In this document: positions 52,922-63,709 of the stretch, piece after piece
How positions within the stretch are numbered: position 1 is the first letter of the stretch
How the letters are laid out: each line of letters begins with the position of its first letter
DNA from: Saccharolobus islandicus REY15A
GTDB lineage: Archaea; Thermoproteota; Thermoprotei_A; Sulfolobales; Sulfolobaceae
Strand: one strand, 5' to 3'
DNA length: 64,000 nucleotides
Assembly: GCF_000189555.1 (NCBI RefSeq)
Contig: NC_017276.1
Program-made: the position numbers and the translations under genes
The notes under the pieces: model-generated
Told to the model about the DNA's origin: nothing
The model's input: only the letters and a program-made list of their open reading frames with translations
Databases searched by the model: none

Positions 52922-54209
52922 CGGTAGACCCAAAATCACCTCCTCAAAAATAAATCTATAGTGTAAATAAGCGTTTCAATTACATTAAATGTAAAATTCT
53001 CTGGATTGAATAAATCAGGAAATAAAAGAATTAATAATAATCTAAACTCCTCTCTCCCCACCTCCCCCTTGAATATGGTATATAAGGAGTAGAGTACAAG
53101 GGCCAGCACGAAGATCAACGTGCGGAAAACAAACTTAGTAGAACTAGTAAATGGAAGAAAAGCCTTAATGTTCCTATAAGAGGTCTCTATGGGACCTCTT
53201 ACCTTATTGTACAAATCCAACACTTCCCTCTTGGATAGGTCTAGGTTAGTAGCCCTAGCAAAATAAACAAGACTCTTCTTCTTTCTCCCCACTTTTTCCT
53301 TGCTGTACACGAGAAGCCTGAACTTGACCTGCTCATCCCTCCTATGCCTCTTACTATTAGTTGTGTAATCCCCGTCAAACTCCTCGTACACCTTCACGTC
53401 CCCAACCGGAACAGCAATTATGTACTTAAACTGTGAAATGAAGTTGAGCACTAGTAGTTATTGGAAATTCTTAGCTGATTCTTTTGCAGAATCAAGATGT
53501 TAGCAAGCTACGAACTTATTGGACTTACTAACGTCAACAGTATAGAAACCAGCGTTAAGAGTTATCAACCTTATCTTGAATCCCATTACTTGTTCAACAA
53601 GAGCCTTCACTATCTCGTCCTTAGTCATACCGTTCACTTGCGGCAAGTAAAATCACTTTCCCCTTATACTTGGTTGTTGCAGTTGCGTAGTTCCACGAGT
53701 TTCCTTTTTCAGAGCTCCCGAGCCCTTTCACTGGTTTCCCGTACCATGTCTTGGTTGTCCAGTCTATTGAAAGATCTATCTCATTCACTCCCTTTAATAT
53801 CTCCAAGGATATTTTCCTAGCTCTTTCCAATAGCTTTTCAGTAACTTCCATCCCTTGTTTCTCTACGTAATTCCTCACGGTCTGTGGGGATACGTCATAC
53901 GCTCTGGACTTGTTCTCTACTGAATCGTTCCACAAACACGCGGAGATGAGAGTTTTCGCTACCTCCTCTACCTTTTCCCCTTGGAAGTTTAGCATGGAAA
54001 GTAATTTATATCCTATTTGTTGAATGTTATTTTGGTGAGGGAGACTTGGTGTTACCATCTTGGTTATTCACGTGGTAATACGCCATCTCCCTCACCTTAA
54101 ACCCTTTCTTCAATTGAATTCTTTATACTCTTATAAATTTCTTTATCTTTTATAAATTCGATATTATCCTACCAGAAATATTTTTTCTAATATGATTTTG
54201 GGTCTACCG
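52922..54209 (-). mobile_element. ISH3-family IS, inactivated copy (1288 bp)
   Basis: Same 17-bp TIRs as copy 1; 6- and 8-bp deletions and an 81-bp insertion break the transposase. Confidence 0.92.
53451..53531. other. 81-bp foreign insertion inside the ISH3 transposase
   Basis: Absent from copy 1 (GAGCA|CGTCAAC); ends TAGTAG...TTACTA. Confidence 0.8.
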
Positions 54210-54462
54210 GTGAGGGAGGGGATGGATAGCCCCCTTTGAACCCCTTGTTAATATAAACCTAAAATTGCTAAACTATTAATTGATGCTAAATAACCTAAGG
54301 TAAAAATTGTACTAAAACCTTTAATACGATAGCTATGAAATAAGCTAGTGCAGAAAACATTAATACTTTGATAGACTTAACTAGCTTATATACGATTCCG
54401 AAAGAGAATACCATCACTATTATGGGAGTCAGGAAATATATTGGATCAAAGCTCATCTTCCA

Positions 54463-55506
54463 TCACTTGACAAGGATTATTGTAGTTATTACAGCAAAAA
54501 CTATGGCTATGATAATCAAAATTGAAATTCCATGACCGAAATTTAATGTGTAACCTAAACCATTTCTTCTTGGAACCCATATTCTCGGGTCTTTTGGGTT
54601 AACATATATTATTCCTCCCTTCCAATATTTATCGTCATTAAGTAAGTTATCATTAGCTATCACATCTCTTAGATATCTAGCACCTTCAATACCAGTTCTA
54701 AGCACGTAAACTATGATAACTGTGAAGAATATAGATATGAGAAAGGTTATAAAAACTTCAAGTTCGCTTAAGTTTATTATTGTCCATATGAAGAGCGATA
54801 TTGTAGTATATACTGAACTTATAAAGACTCCAACAATCCCTGCAATAATTCCTACTCCTTCCTTAAATTTAAGAAATGCGTAATAGCTTCTATCTGGATA
54901 TGCTGGGTTAATTACATTAGTAGTTCTTGTAATGAAGACTCCCATCACTGTTAATAACCCTAAAACGGCAGCATTAATTATTTCGACCTTATAAAAGTTT
55001 AATGGAGTCTTAACGAGAAAAGTTGTACCAGTAGGACCAACGTGAGTAGGAAGTAATTTAGGTGCAGAGGAGTATACTAGGGACCCAAAAACCAATGTAA
55101 ATATCAAGATCCCCCACGCTACTATGAAAGTAATTATCCACTTTCTACTTTCCTTCTTTTTGGTGTCAATTACAGCATATCTGGAAGAAGCCACCGGTAG
55201 ACTCCCCCTACGTCTTATCACAATCCTCCTCCAATAAACAACGTTTAATAAAAGGAGAATATAGTAAATGAAAACTGAAATAAAGCTTACGAAATAATAA
55301 AGCAAAAGGGATAGCAACGTTAAACCAATTAGGGATAATCTATACTTATTAACTATATCCTTGCCCTTATTCTTTTTAAACTCCGTAGTTACCCTGGCCC
55401 CAAGGAGGATATCTGGAGGTTGTAAGTTAGGTAATAGGAATAAATTGATAAAGATAAATGTGAACTCCACGTAAATGATTATATCTAAAAGTGTCATGTT
55501 TTTCAC
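54463..55506 (-). CDS. DUF1648/DUF5808-like membrane protein
   Basis: LPTHVG; C-terminal DDKYWKGGIIYVNPKDPRIWVPRRNGLGYTLNFG. Confidence 0.85.
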   Translation of the reverse strand: MKNMTLLDIIIYVEFTFIFINLFLLPNLQPPDILLGARVTTEFKKNKGKDIVNKYRLSLIGLTLLSLLLYYFVSFISVFIYYILLLLNVVYWRRIVIRRRGSLPVASSRYAVIDTKKKESRKWIITFIVAWGILIFTLVFGSLVYSSAPKLLPTHVGPTGTTFLVKTPLNFYKVEIINAAVLGLLTVMGVFITRTTNVINPAYPDRSYYAFLKFKEGVGIIAGIVGVFISSVYTTISLFIWTIINLSELEVFITFLISIFFTVIIVYVLRTGIEGARYLRDVIANDNLLNDDKYWKGGIIYVNPKDPRIWVPRRNGLGYTLNFGHGISILIIIAIVFAVITTIILVK

Positions 55507-55856
55507 CTCAACAAAGCTGATATAAAGAAGAGAATCTCATCCCTTTTAGCGCCTCCAGCCAAAGCCCTATAAACGGCTTCTTTCATCAATTCCTTCCACT
55601 TCTCATCCCTTATATCAGTCTTGACTACGAATCTCCTCTTGTAAACGGTTACAAATCCTTCACCTTCCAGATATTTGTATGCCTTCTCCACGGTTAACAT
55701 ATTCACACTTAACATTGCAGCCATTTCCCTAACTGAGGGTAAAGGATCTCCACGATTTAATACTCCCTTAGCTATTAGTTCAATTATTTGATTAGCTATC
55801 TGTTCGTAGATCTGCTTTTTGGAGTTGAGGTCTATTCGAATTGTTATATTTGTCAT
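55503..55856 (-). CDS. GntR (YtrA-subfamily) transcriptional regulator
   Basis: IYEQIA...GDPLPSVREMA..VNMLTVEKAY. Confidence 0.92.
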   Translation of the reverse strand: MTNITIRIDLNSKKQIYEQIANQIIELIAKGVLNRGDPLPSVREMAAMLSVNMLTVEKAYKYLEGEGFVTVYKRRFVVKTDIRDEKWKELMKEAVYRALAGGAKRDEILFFISALLR

Positions 55857-55981
55857 ATAACAACTATATCAGAATGAGTTTAAAAGTTTAACTTGAAACT
55901 ATTTGAGTGTGTTCATAGTGTCGTCATTATGTTATAAATTTAGGGATAGCCCTATCTCACAATACTAGGACTAGTGAGTAC

Positions 55982-56399
55982 TTAAACATCACTAAACTCC
56001 CACTTATAAAAAGCCCTAGTATTCGTAAACAAGTAAGCCCACATCTCAACTACAATCTTTCCAGTACTTCTACCTTTGACCAACTCCTTAGCCTTACTCC
56101 ATAACTGGACTAACTTCTTATACCTTTTTCTACCATGATGCTTAATCAAAGTGAACACAGTATCCAAGGGAACGTTTAAAGCGGAAATAGCCCTCATACT
56201 CATACCGTTAGCATCCTCAAATTCTCCTCCCTAGGCTTTTCATGATAATGATGATTAGAAGTATCACCCACCAAGAAGTACCTACCGCAATCTCTACACA
56301 AATATCTCTGCCTACCCAAAGGCCTACCACACTTAACTACATGATGAGAACCACAAGAGGGGCAAGAAATATCCTGCTAATTACGGGTTTCCTATCCAT
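55982..56399 (-). mobile_element. ISC796-like (IS1 family) transposase pseudogene
   Basis: CPSCGSHHVVKCGRPLGRQRYLCRDCG; ANGMSMRAIS; AKELVKG; frameshifted. Confidence 0.85.
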
Positions 56400-56704
56400 A
56401 AGTAATACTCAATATATAAATATAAATAGCTTAATGATGACACTTTCGATACACTCAACTATTTTCGTTATCTCTTCTCTTTATATGCGCTTCCGATTCG
56501 GTATATGTGAACTCTTGGATAGTTTAATGTTACTACGTTATAATGACTTCTAGTCAACTTCCCCTTAGTGAACTACATATGGTTTACGTTAAAACTTGAA
56601 GTATTGCAGTATTTTTCTGATGTTTTACACATTCTTATTGCGTAAGGACATCCGTTAGCCTTATTGAGATAAAAAATAAAAGTTGTTGCTATTGTACCTA
56701 TAAA

Positions 56705-57616
56705 GTGGATATATTTCAGCTTCAAGGCCTATTTCTAGTGTTGTCAGCAATTTTAGGGTATTTCCTTCACAATAGGTTATCCGTGAGAATAGTAAGTTTT
56801 GTAAACAACTGGATAAACTTACCTTTGATATTTCTCGTCACATATCTTCAGAGGGGTTTTGAGGTAAGTGACGCTAAGATTTTCCTAACCTCTGTAATTT
56901 ATAATTTCTTAATGTTTGCGATAGTTTTATACTTAACCAGAGAAATCGAACCATTTATTAGAGGGGCTGTTTTAATAAACTCGATCTTCATGAATACAAT
57001 TAATTTACCTTTCTCAATACTCCTAGCGTTTAGGGGGAATTATGAAATCTCTGCAACGGTTGCAGTGGCGATGGCTACATTAAGGCTACCGATAGCGATG
57101 ATAATTTTTACGTATTTAAACAAGGGTATAAGCGTGATACACAATACTACAAATAATTCAATAATAAGAACAAATCTTTCAAGATATCTCCCTGTAATAA
57201 CTTTTCTAATAGGTGGTAGTTTACATTATATTGTAGGCTCAGTTATAAACTTTGACGTCATTAATGCAATAAATTTGATTCTCATCTTAATAGTACTTTA
57301 TGAATTCGGTTATCAAATAAGAAGAGTAATTGGTGAAATGAGGATTAAAGATGTTACGTCAAAGCCTTACATGATAATTTATATATCAAGAATTCTTATT
57401 AGCCCAATCCTAATATTTCTTATCTTAATTTCTCTAGGTATCACTTCCAAGATAATTATCGAGCAAGTTATGGTAACAGCGATTATGGCTCCAGCAATAA
57501 CAAACGTGGTTTGGGCTAGAGTTTATGGTTTTGGCACAGAAATCATAGTGAAATCCACCTTAATATTAACACCTATTAGTACAATAATTGCTATAATATT
57601 TCTTATACTATATTAA
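56705..57616 (+). CDS. AEC-family (malate permease-like) transporter
   Basis: FMNTINLP, RILISP, MAPAITN; about 10 TM. Confidence 0.8.
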   Translation: MDIFQLQGLFLVLSAILGYFLHNRLSVRIVSFVNNWINLPLIFLVTYLQRGFEVSDAKIFLTSVIYNFLMFAIVLYLTREIEPFIRGAVLINSIFMNTINLPFSILLAFRGNYEISATVAVAMATLRLPIAMIIFTYLNKGISVIHNTTNNSIIRTNLSRYLPVITFLIGGSLHYIVGSVINFDVINAINLILILIVLYEFGYQIRRVIGEMRIKDVTSKPYMIIYISRILISPILIFLILISLGITSKIIIEQVMVTAIMAPAITNVVWARVYGFGTEIIVKSTLILTPISTIIAIIFLILY

Positions 57617-57796
57617 TTTAGAAATCATAGTATTTGAGATCGGTAGAAATGTATAAATTCCTAACAATATATATATCTACCTATCGAAAAAGACTCTATA
57701 GCCTATCGATAAACTTTCTATAAAAATTAAAAATAAGTCGAAAACTAAACTGGAAAAGATTTAAATAGACATACTAAAGAGTTGTAATGAGTATGA

Positions 57797-58648
57797 ATGT
57801 ACAGCACAGAATTGGTATTAAATTCTCCTATTTGGATCGTGAGAAAATTCCTTATGGATCCTCTATTTATTAGTGGGGTTAGTGGACATATTTCCATTTT
57901 AAAATTTAAGGATAAACAAAAGAACGAGTATATCATGGGAGATAGAATTAGGGAATTATCAGCACCCACAGACGAGTTCATAGCTCTGTACATATTATTG
58001 AGAACCAACAAAGACTTCAAATACGCTGAGGGGATTTTCAATGGGCCGAAAGTTACTATGGAAAGCATAAAATATTCTGGTATGTCTGATGATGGAAAAT
58101 TGGAGTTTACAATAGAATTTATGCCAAAAAGTTTAGGAGATACTCAGACAAGGCTATACGTTGCGACGAACGTAAAGTATAACGATTCACTATTAGATAA
58201 AATGTTAGGAAGATCCGCCGTTGATTTCGCAAAGCATATAGTAGAAGACCATTTCGCAACTTACGCAAGAGTATATTTCCCATCATTATATGGAGACATT
58301 ATTAGGAGTTTAACTAATAAAGAAACTGATAAAGAAAAAACAGCACAAGGAATATCGCTAACACCGTTATTTGAGTTCAGTGGAGATGCTACTAGTATAT
58401 TAAGTAAGATTAACGAGATGGTATCTCAGCTAGATTTAGGTCTCATTAAGATAAACTTTAGTAAAGTAAATTGTAACATTATAGTTCAAAATAAGGACAT
58501 GAGAAGGGCGATTTGCAGATCTGATGGTAATGTAAAAGCGGGTTTTGAGGCATTATCTCTGATAATTTCCGCGAAAGGACAAGGTAAGATGGAAGTGTAT
58601 TCAGTGAAGATGGAGGATCTAATTGATACCTTGTATACATTAGCTTAA
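57797..58648 (+). CDS. Hypothetical protein, possibly SRPBCC/START-like N-domain
   Basis: 283-aa ORF with ATG and typical codon usage. Confidence 0.7.
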   Translation: MYSTELVLNSPIWIVRKFLMDPLFISGVSGHISILKFKDKQKNEYIMGDRIRELSAPTDEFIALYILLRTNKDFKYAEGIFNGPKVTMESIKYSGMSDDGKLEFTIEFMPKSLGDTQTRLYVATNVKYNDSLLDKMLGRSAVDFAKHIVEDHFATYARVYFPSLYGDIIRSLTNKETDKEKTAQGISLTPLFEFSGDATSILSKINEMVSQLDLGLIKINFSKVNCNIIVQNKDMRRAICRSDGNVKAGFEALSLIISAKGQGKMEVYSVKMEDLIDTLYTLA

Positions 58649-58654
58649 TGCTTT

Positions 58655-58943
58655 ACAAAAATTGGAGGTTAGGGGGCGGAAAACCTCACCAGCGGGGATG
58701 GATAACCCCCTTATATTCAAATAATCCTTTTTTCTGAAATTCTTTTAGTGATGTTAATGATGCTCCTCCCCAGCTCGATTGAGGGCTTAATGGGACTGTG
58801 GGAGGAGCATCTAGTATCTCCTCCCTTTAAGGGACTAGACGTTATGGATGAAAGTCCCCTATTCGAATGGGAGTGGATCTCTGATCCACTCGACTGCCCA
58901 CCAGATGAGAGATGTAATCCCAAATCTTTAAATACGATCCAAA
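58655..58943 (+). mobile_element. Internally deleted IS200/IS605 relic without a right end
   Basis: Left-end GGGGGCGGAAAACCTCACCAGCGGGGATGGATAACCCCC; CTGCCCACCAGATGAGAGATGTA resembles 31015-31040. Confidence 0.7.
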
Positions 58944-58983
58944 TCTGTTATGACTAAAATTCATAATAAATAGGAAATAAAAA

Positions 58984-60483
58984 TTATCTTCTTCTTAATG
59001 CTAATATCGCTACAACTACTATAAATACTATCGCAATAATTATGGGAAGAAGTAGATTACTGGAGATACTAAATGACTGAGAAGATGGTTGATATCCATA
59101 TACTATGTAATAAGTCATTGAAGGATCGTCAAACACCACAATCTTTCCGTTATAGATAAAATAATTATTTGGATTCAATTCAACCATTCCATTACTACCT
59201 TGTTTAAAAACGGCAAACGTCTCATTCTTTGCCATACTAACGTTAAATATCACGTAATTTGAACTATTGTTAATGTTAACGATCTGTGTAGTATAGGTTT
59301 TTCCTCCTAAAGTAATATTTGAAACTGTAACACTAGGCTCTACTTGGCTTACATACTCGTAAGATCCATTAGGGAATATGGTAATATATGCTCCACTGGA
59401 TGTAGTATTAACGTAAATTAGGGTTGTTGGGCCAAATACCATAACCTTGTGGTATAAGTTAACAGTTGCAGTACTCTCTACTCCTTGATCAGTAATAACT
59501 ACAACTGCAGGATTTCCGTTGACTAAGACAGTAGTAGCTACTGAGGCTTTAGCGTACTCTGCATTTGGATTAATAACAATTTTTATTCTAGAATTTAAAC
59601 TATTATACGTTATGTTTAATATAAAACCTTGATGAGTAAAGTAGATTGAGGAGAAAGTATTATCCAGAGATCCTACAACACTGCCATTTACACCAAAGAA
59701 TTCAATATCAGTGAACTCCACAATACCTTGTAAATTCGTAAGCTCAGTAGCCAAAAGTCCACTGGCTTTACTACTCCATATCATTGCGGGAACGTAGGTC
59801 CCATTATAATAGGCTATTGAAGTATTGTAAGGTGCTTGAGCCCTTATCCCTTCATAATTGAACTCCATCTTACTATACCTCTGCGGTTGTGTTCCTTGTA
59901 TAGTTAAAGTAAGCTGATATTCTCCAGTCATCGTTAAGTTAACCTTATGTAATAATAGCGTTAACGCCTTTTGATACGTTGTTTGAGTGTGTGATATTGT
60001 AAATGTTATATTGGCGAAATTACTACCATTTAGGAACTGTAATACTAGAGTTGCAGTATTGTTAAAATACGTCAGTCCCTTCACCGTGGTTGTAGTATTT
60101 GTAAAACCAGCCCATACTACTTCTTCTATTAACCCTGGTTCAATTAGTAACACTCTAGCTAATTGCGGTATTTGTGATGTAACACTTATACTGAACGGGC
60201 TTACATTTACGCTTACTTTTCCCGTATAATTAGTTAAGGGACCTACATTTACATTAAATGAGTTACTATTGTATTTTATTATCCTCTCGTCATTGGTTGA
60301 GGACATTGTAGTGTTATAAAAACTTGACGAGTATTTGTACGTTATATGAGATGAGGTAATCTGGAGTGTTGATGAATATTGTTGATACATTACTAGGAGT
60401 GAGGGTGATGAAGAGTTAGCAGCAAGAGCCAGTGTTGGTAGGGAAAGGAGTATAGGAATTAAGAGTAACATTTTAGGTCTCAT
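58984..60483 (-). CDS. Secreted cell-surface glycoprotein with C-terminal TM anchor
   Basis: Signal peptide, many NxS/T sites, C-terminal hydrophobic helix + RRR. Confidence 0.85.
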   Translation of the reverse strand: MRPKMLLLIPILLSLPTLALAANSSSPSLLVMYQQYSSTLQITSSHITYKYSSSFYNTTMSSTNDERIIKYNSNSFNVNVGPLTNYTGKVSVNVSPFSISVTSQIPQLARVLLIEPGLIEEVVWAGFTNTTTTVKGLTYFNNTATLVLQFLNGSNFANITFTISHTQTTYQKALTLLLHKVNLTMTGEYQLTLTIQGTQPQRYSKMEFNYEGIRAQAPYNTSIAYYNGTYVPAMIWSSKASGLLATELTNLQGIVEFTDIEFFGVNGSVVGSLDNTFSSIYFTHQGFILNITYNSLNSRIKIVINPNAEYAKASVATTVLVNGNPAVVVITDQGVESTATVNLYHKVMVFGPTTLIYVNTTSSGAYITIFPNGSYEYVSQVEPSVTVSNITLGGKTYTTQIVNINNSSNYVIFNVSMAKNETFAVFKQGSNGMVELNPNNYFIYNGKIVVFDDPSMTYYIVYGYQPSSQSFSISSNLLLPIIIAIVFIVVVAILALRRR

Positions 60484-60610
60484 GGCTATAACAATTTCAT
60501 GTGCTGATTTAATAAGCTTTATCCAAATATCATATTGAAAGAGATTGGCTAAAGGGATTTATATCAGAAATTCATTATGTAAAAAGTAAAAATTTCACTT
60601 ATTTATTAAA

Positions 60611-61504
60611 TTATGGTTGATAAATGGCTGTTGTAGATATGTTAATTATATTCCCTCCAATGTTTATCGTTAGTGTTATAATATAAGTAATATTTGGAGC
60701 TAATGATTGAACATTTCCAAAGAATATTGTTACCTCATTATTACCGATTTGCAATACAGTAGGATTTATTGCACTTGATATAATATTCGCACCCTCAATT
60801 TTCGCAGATATAATGCTAGCTGGGGTTGATGAGTATAATGTAATATAAGCATAGCCATTATTCCTTATAGTCCCTTGACCAACTTGATAAACTTGGGGAA
60901 CTAAAGGTTGCTGTGCAACAGTTGGTAACGGTCTTACTTTACCTAGACCTACATATGCCAAAATAAAGCCGACGAAATTAATAAGATCTATGGGTATTAC
61001 TATTAATATCCCACCAATCTTAACTAATCCCTCATTATATATTTCACCAACCTTGTAAAACCCTATACCAATTAATATCCCACCAATCAGCGCTATTATT
61101 TCTCCTAAAATCAATATTGGGAATCCTATCAATACAATTGTAAGCAATGCTCCAATAATGATAATAATTAGTCCCACTAGATAGAGGGTAGTTCCAATTT
61201 CACCTATTCCTACGTCTCTACCTAGGCTTTTCAAAATACCGAAACCACTCCTTATTCTCAATATACCTATTAGCCCTATAATAGCGCCAATTAGTATTAC
61301 TATAGCAATTCCTACTAAAAGGCCAATACCACTGGCGATTACTCCGCTAACGTTACCGCTCGCAGCGGAAAACATACCACCGAGCATACCTGCAGATATA
61401 ATTACTAGAATTCCTATTGCGGCAAGTAACACGGCAAGTATCATAAAGAGGGAGCCGCTCCTTAATTTTCCTATTCCTTGCAATTCCGCATTCTGTTGTG
61501 ACAT
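60611..61504 (-). CDS. DUF973-family membrane protein
   Basis: GIGKLRSG, RSGFGIL, IGIGFYKVG, GQGTIRNNG. Confidence 0.85.
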   Translation of the reverse strand: MSQQNAELQGIGKLRSGSLFMILAVLLAAIGILVIISAGMLGGMFSAASGNVSGVIASGIGLLVGIAIVILIGAIIGLIGILRIRSGFGILKSLGRDVGIGEIGTTLYLVGLIIIIIGALLTIVLIGFPILILGEIIALIGGILIGIGFYKVGEIYNEGLVKIGGILIVIPIDLINFVGFILAYVGLGKVRPLPTVAQQPLVPQVYQVGQGTIRNNGYAYITLYSSTPASIISAKIEGANIISSAINPTVLQIGNNEVTIFFGNVQSLAPNITYIITLTINIGGNIINISTTAIYQP

Positions 61505-61526
61505 ATAAGATATTCTAATTACTAAT

Positions 61527-63413
61527 TTAAAAACTTTTACTTTCTCTATTTTTCAGAATAGTTACAACATTAACAATTTCAACATTGTCACAAGCATCGA
61601 CACACCTAGCACATCCAATACAACTTATCCTATTAGAATAACCTTTTTTCAAAATATCGTTACTAATAGGTATCTTAACTGGGCAAGAAGTATCACATTC
61701 CTTACTAACGCATTCTTTGCAAGTGTTAACGTCTTTGGCCCTAATCTTAAACAACACCTTGTTAAATATTCCATTGAAAGTGCCGAAACCACACCAGCCT
61801 TGCCTAGCACATGAATATATTCCAAAAATTGGAGTTAAAAAGTAAAAGAACCACCATATGTAGTTTAACGTAAACATACCGTAAAAGTCTAAGGGATTAA
61901 TAGGAAGCTTAATTTTCCCTAAGCCCATCATCACGAAAAGGTAAAATGCGATGATCAATGGCACGAGAAAAATCCACCTCAAGTAGTCCCAAAACTTACT
62001 GTTTTTCTTAGCTGAAAATTGTTCATAGAACACATTAGACCACATGTGAGCGGACATACAAACAAGGTTACAATAAACACCCCTGCCAAATAATGTTGAA
62101 AATAATGCAATAACGACTAGGGAAATTACGAAAGGTGCTAAAGTCACGGGAAATATCATACCACTCATTCCGAAAATGTAATAGTTTGTATAGTAAGGGA
62201 TCAAAACTACGAATATTGGTATCCCTGCTAGAATACCTAAAGTCCACGCCTTTAAATATCTTGTCTTAACCTTCTTAAACCTCTCATAAACTAAATAACT
62301 CATCTCAGTGCCCATCATTATTACGTAAAATGGGGCCATGGTAGTTGTCATTATAGTCATGAATGGTACCATCACTAGTTTACCAAGTAAATTGTACTTC
62401 ATTATTGTCATAGTAATCATTGTTAAAGGATTAATTGGGAATAACCACCAAAACGGATTATTGAAAGGCGATCTCATCATATGTGAACCTATCATCATCT
62501 CGCAGTTCATCGTATTAACGAAGAGTGAGTTAGTCAGATTAAACCCTAATACACTCTCTCCAAAACCCATTGCCAATTCTGTTAAGTTTACTAATACAAG
62601 GAAGAGGAAAGGTTTAGGTGAGATTTTCTTAGCAGGAACATTGTAAAATATCAAAAAGAAGTACCAAACCATTGACGCAATCATAGATAGGGTAAGGAAA
62701 TATAAGTTGCTAAGTGAAGCAAAAAAGGTTAAACCGAGCATCATTAGGAGATTGAACAAGGATAGAGAGATCGCAACTAATTGTCCTTGAAATGTTAACA
62801 TTCTCATTTCTGTTAAGTATAACAACACGATGTTTACTATCATAAAAAGTGAGGTCAAAATTGACATTATGAACTCAAGCATTCTATCCATCAAATAAAG
62901 GGAGGGCATGAAAGCCATGGAAATGGCAAATGTGGTTACGGCGAACTCCATAATGCTTCTTCTCCTCAATATATAGAGGAAGAAAATCGCATCACCTAAC
63001 ATCATGGCACCATAGGCTGGATTATTAACCGCGGTAAGTAAAGGATTAGGTAAGGGACTGAAGTAATTACCATAAAGATAACCCATTGCTAACTCATCGA
63101 AAACTATAACCGATGATAATAATAACCCATATTTCCAATTTCTATTAACGTTAATACTATGGTCCTTTATTAGGAATGATATAAACAGAGGTATCAATAC
63201 TAGAAGCATTCCAGATATGAAAAGTAATACATTAAGCTGAGCTAACGCTAAACTTTCCAAACCCATTATCAATACTATCGAAAGAATTATTAACAAACCC
63301 TTAACCCTTACGTATTCTCTTCTTAAAATCAAACCAAATATCCAAAAATCAATTGTCATCATTATAATAATGTAAACAAGAGAGAACAACTTGAGTATAG
63401 TCTCATATTCCAT
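61527..63413 (-). CDS. Membrane protein with C-terminal 4Fe-4S (NapH/NosR-like) domain
   Basis: CNLVC, GWCGFG, CKEC..CDTSCP and CIGCARCVDAC. Confidence 0.85.
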   Translation of the reverse strand: MEYETILKLFSLVYIIIMMTIDFWIFGLILRREYVRVKGLLIILSIVLIMGLESLALAQLNVLLFISGMLLVLIPLFISFLIKDHSINVNRNWKYGLLLSSVIVFDELAMGYLYGNYFSPLPNPLLTAVNNPAYGAMMLGDAIFFLYILRRRSIMEFAVTTFAISMAFMPSLYLMDRMLEFIMSILTSLFMIVNIVLLYLTEMRMLTFQGQLVAISLSLFNLLMMLGLTFFASLSNLYFLTLSMIASMVWYFFLIFYNVPAKKISPKPFLFLVLVNLTELAMGFGESVLGFNLTNSLFVNTMNCEMMIGSHMMRSPFNNPFWWLFPINPLTMITMTIMKYNLLGKLVMVPFMTIMTTTMAPFYVIMMGTEMSYLVYERFKKVKTRYLKAWTLGILAGIPIFVVLIPYYTNYYIFGMSGMIFPVTLAPFVISLVVIALFSTLFGRGVYCNLVCMSAHMWSNVFYEQFSAKKNSKFWDYLRWIFLVPLIIAFYLFVMMGLGKIKLPINPLDFYGMFTLNYIWWFFYFLTPIFGIYSCARQGWCGFGTFNGIFNKVLFKIRAKDVNTCKECVSKECDTSCPVKIPISNDILKKGYSNRISCIGCARCVDACDNVEIVNVVTILKNRESKSF

Positions 63414-63709
63414 ATGGTCTATTCAAGTTTCAAAAATTTAAATTTTACTTGAAATAACATTGGAAAAATAATATTATAGTACTATTTTTCACTTTTAAGC
63501 AATTTAGCATCAAAATAAATCTAATGTATGAATTAAATTTCCTACATTAATGACGTCTGATCAATTTAATCTTTTATGTGAAATTTAATTTATATGGATA
63601 ATTCAATTTTTTAAGAATTTTCGATCTAATGGTCTTATTTAATTATTGTAATTATCGTTTTTCTCATTTTTTCTAAGAATTTTTAAGTATGAACTACGAT
63701 AGTAACATA

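Larger units (their letters stand above)
51640..54252 (-). mobile_element. ISC1316-like tnpB-only IS200/IS605 element carrying a nested ISH3
   Basis: TTTAT target (54253-54257, minus strand); right end GGGCGTGGTAGTTCAC at 51640. Confidence 0.88.
51146..54456 (-). pseudogene. YhfC/PrsW-like intramembrane peptidase split by IS605::ISH3, plus a 1-nt frameshift
   Basis: Joining 54253 to 51639 gives GLYYGLQTSIFEVG; LERFSSLLIH motif; ATG 54456. Confidence 0.8.

Noticed and set aside
58717-58957. Two short overlapping ORFs (68 and 69 aa)
   Set aside because: Both are readings of a degenerate IS200/IS605 relic
602-62646. Many 60-200 aa antisense ORFs overlapping large genes (e.g. 602-886, 5821-6168, 46537-46839, 49994-50596, 62338-62646)
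   Set aside because: They lie fully opposite well-supported CDSs and show no motifs; typical shadow ORFs
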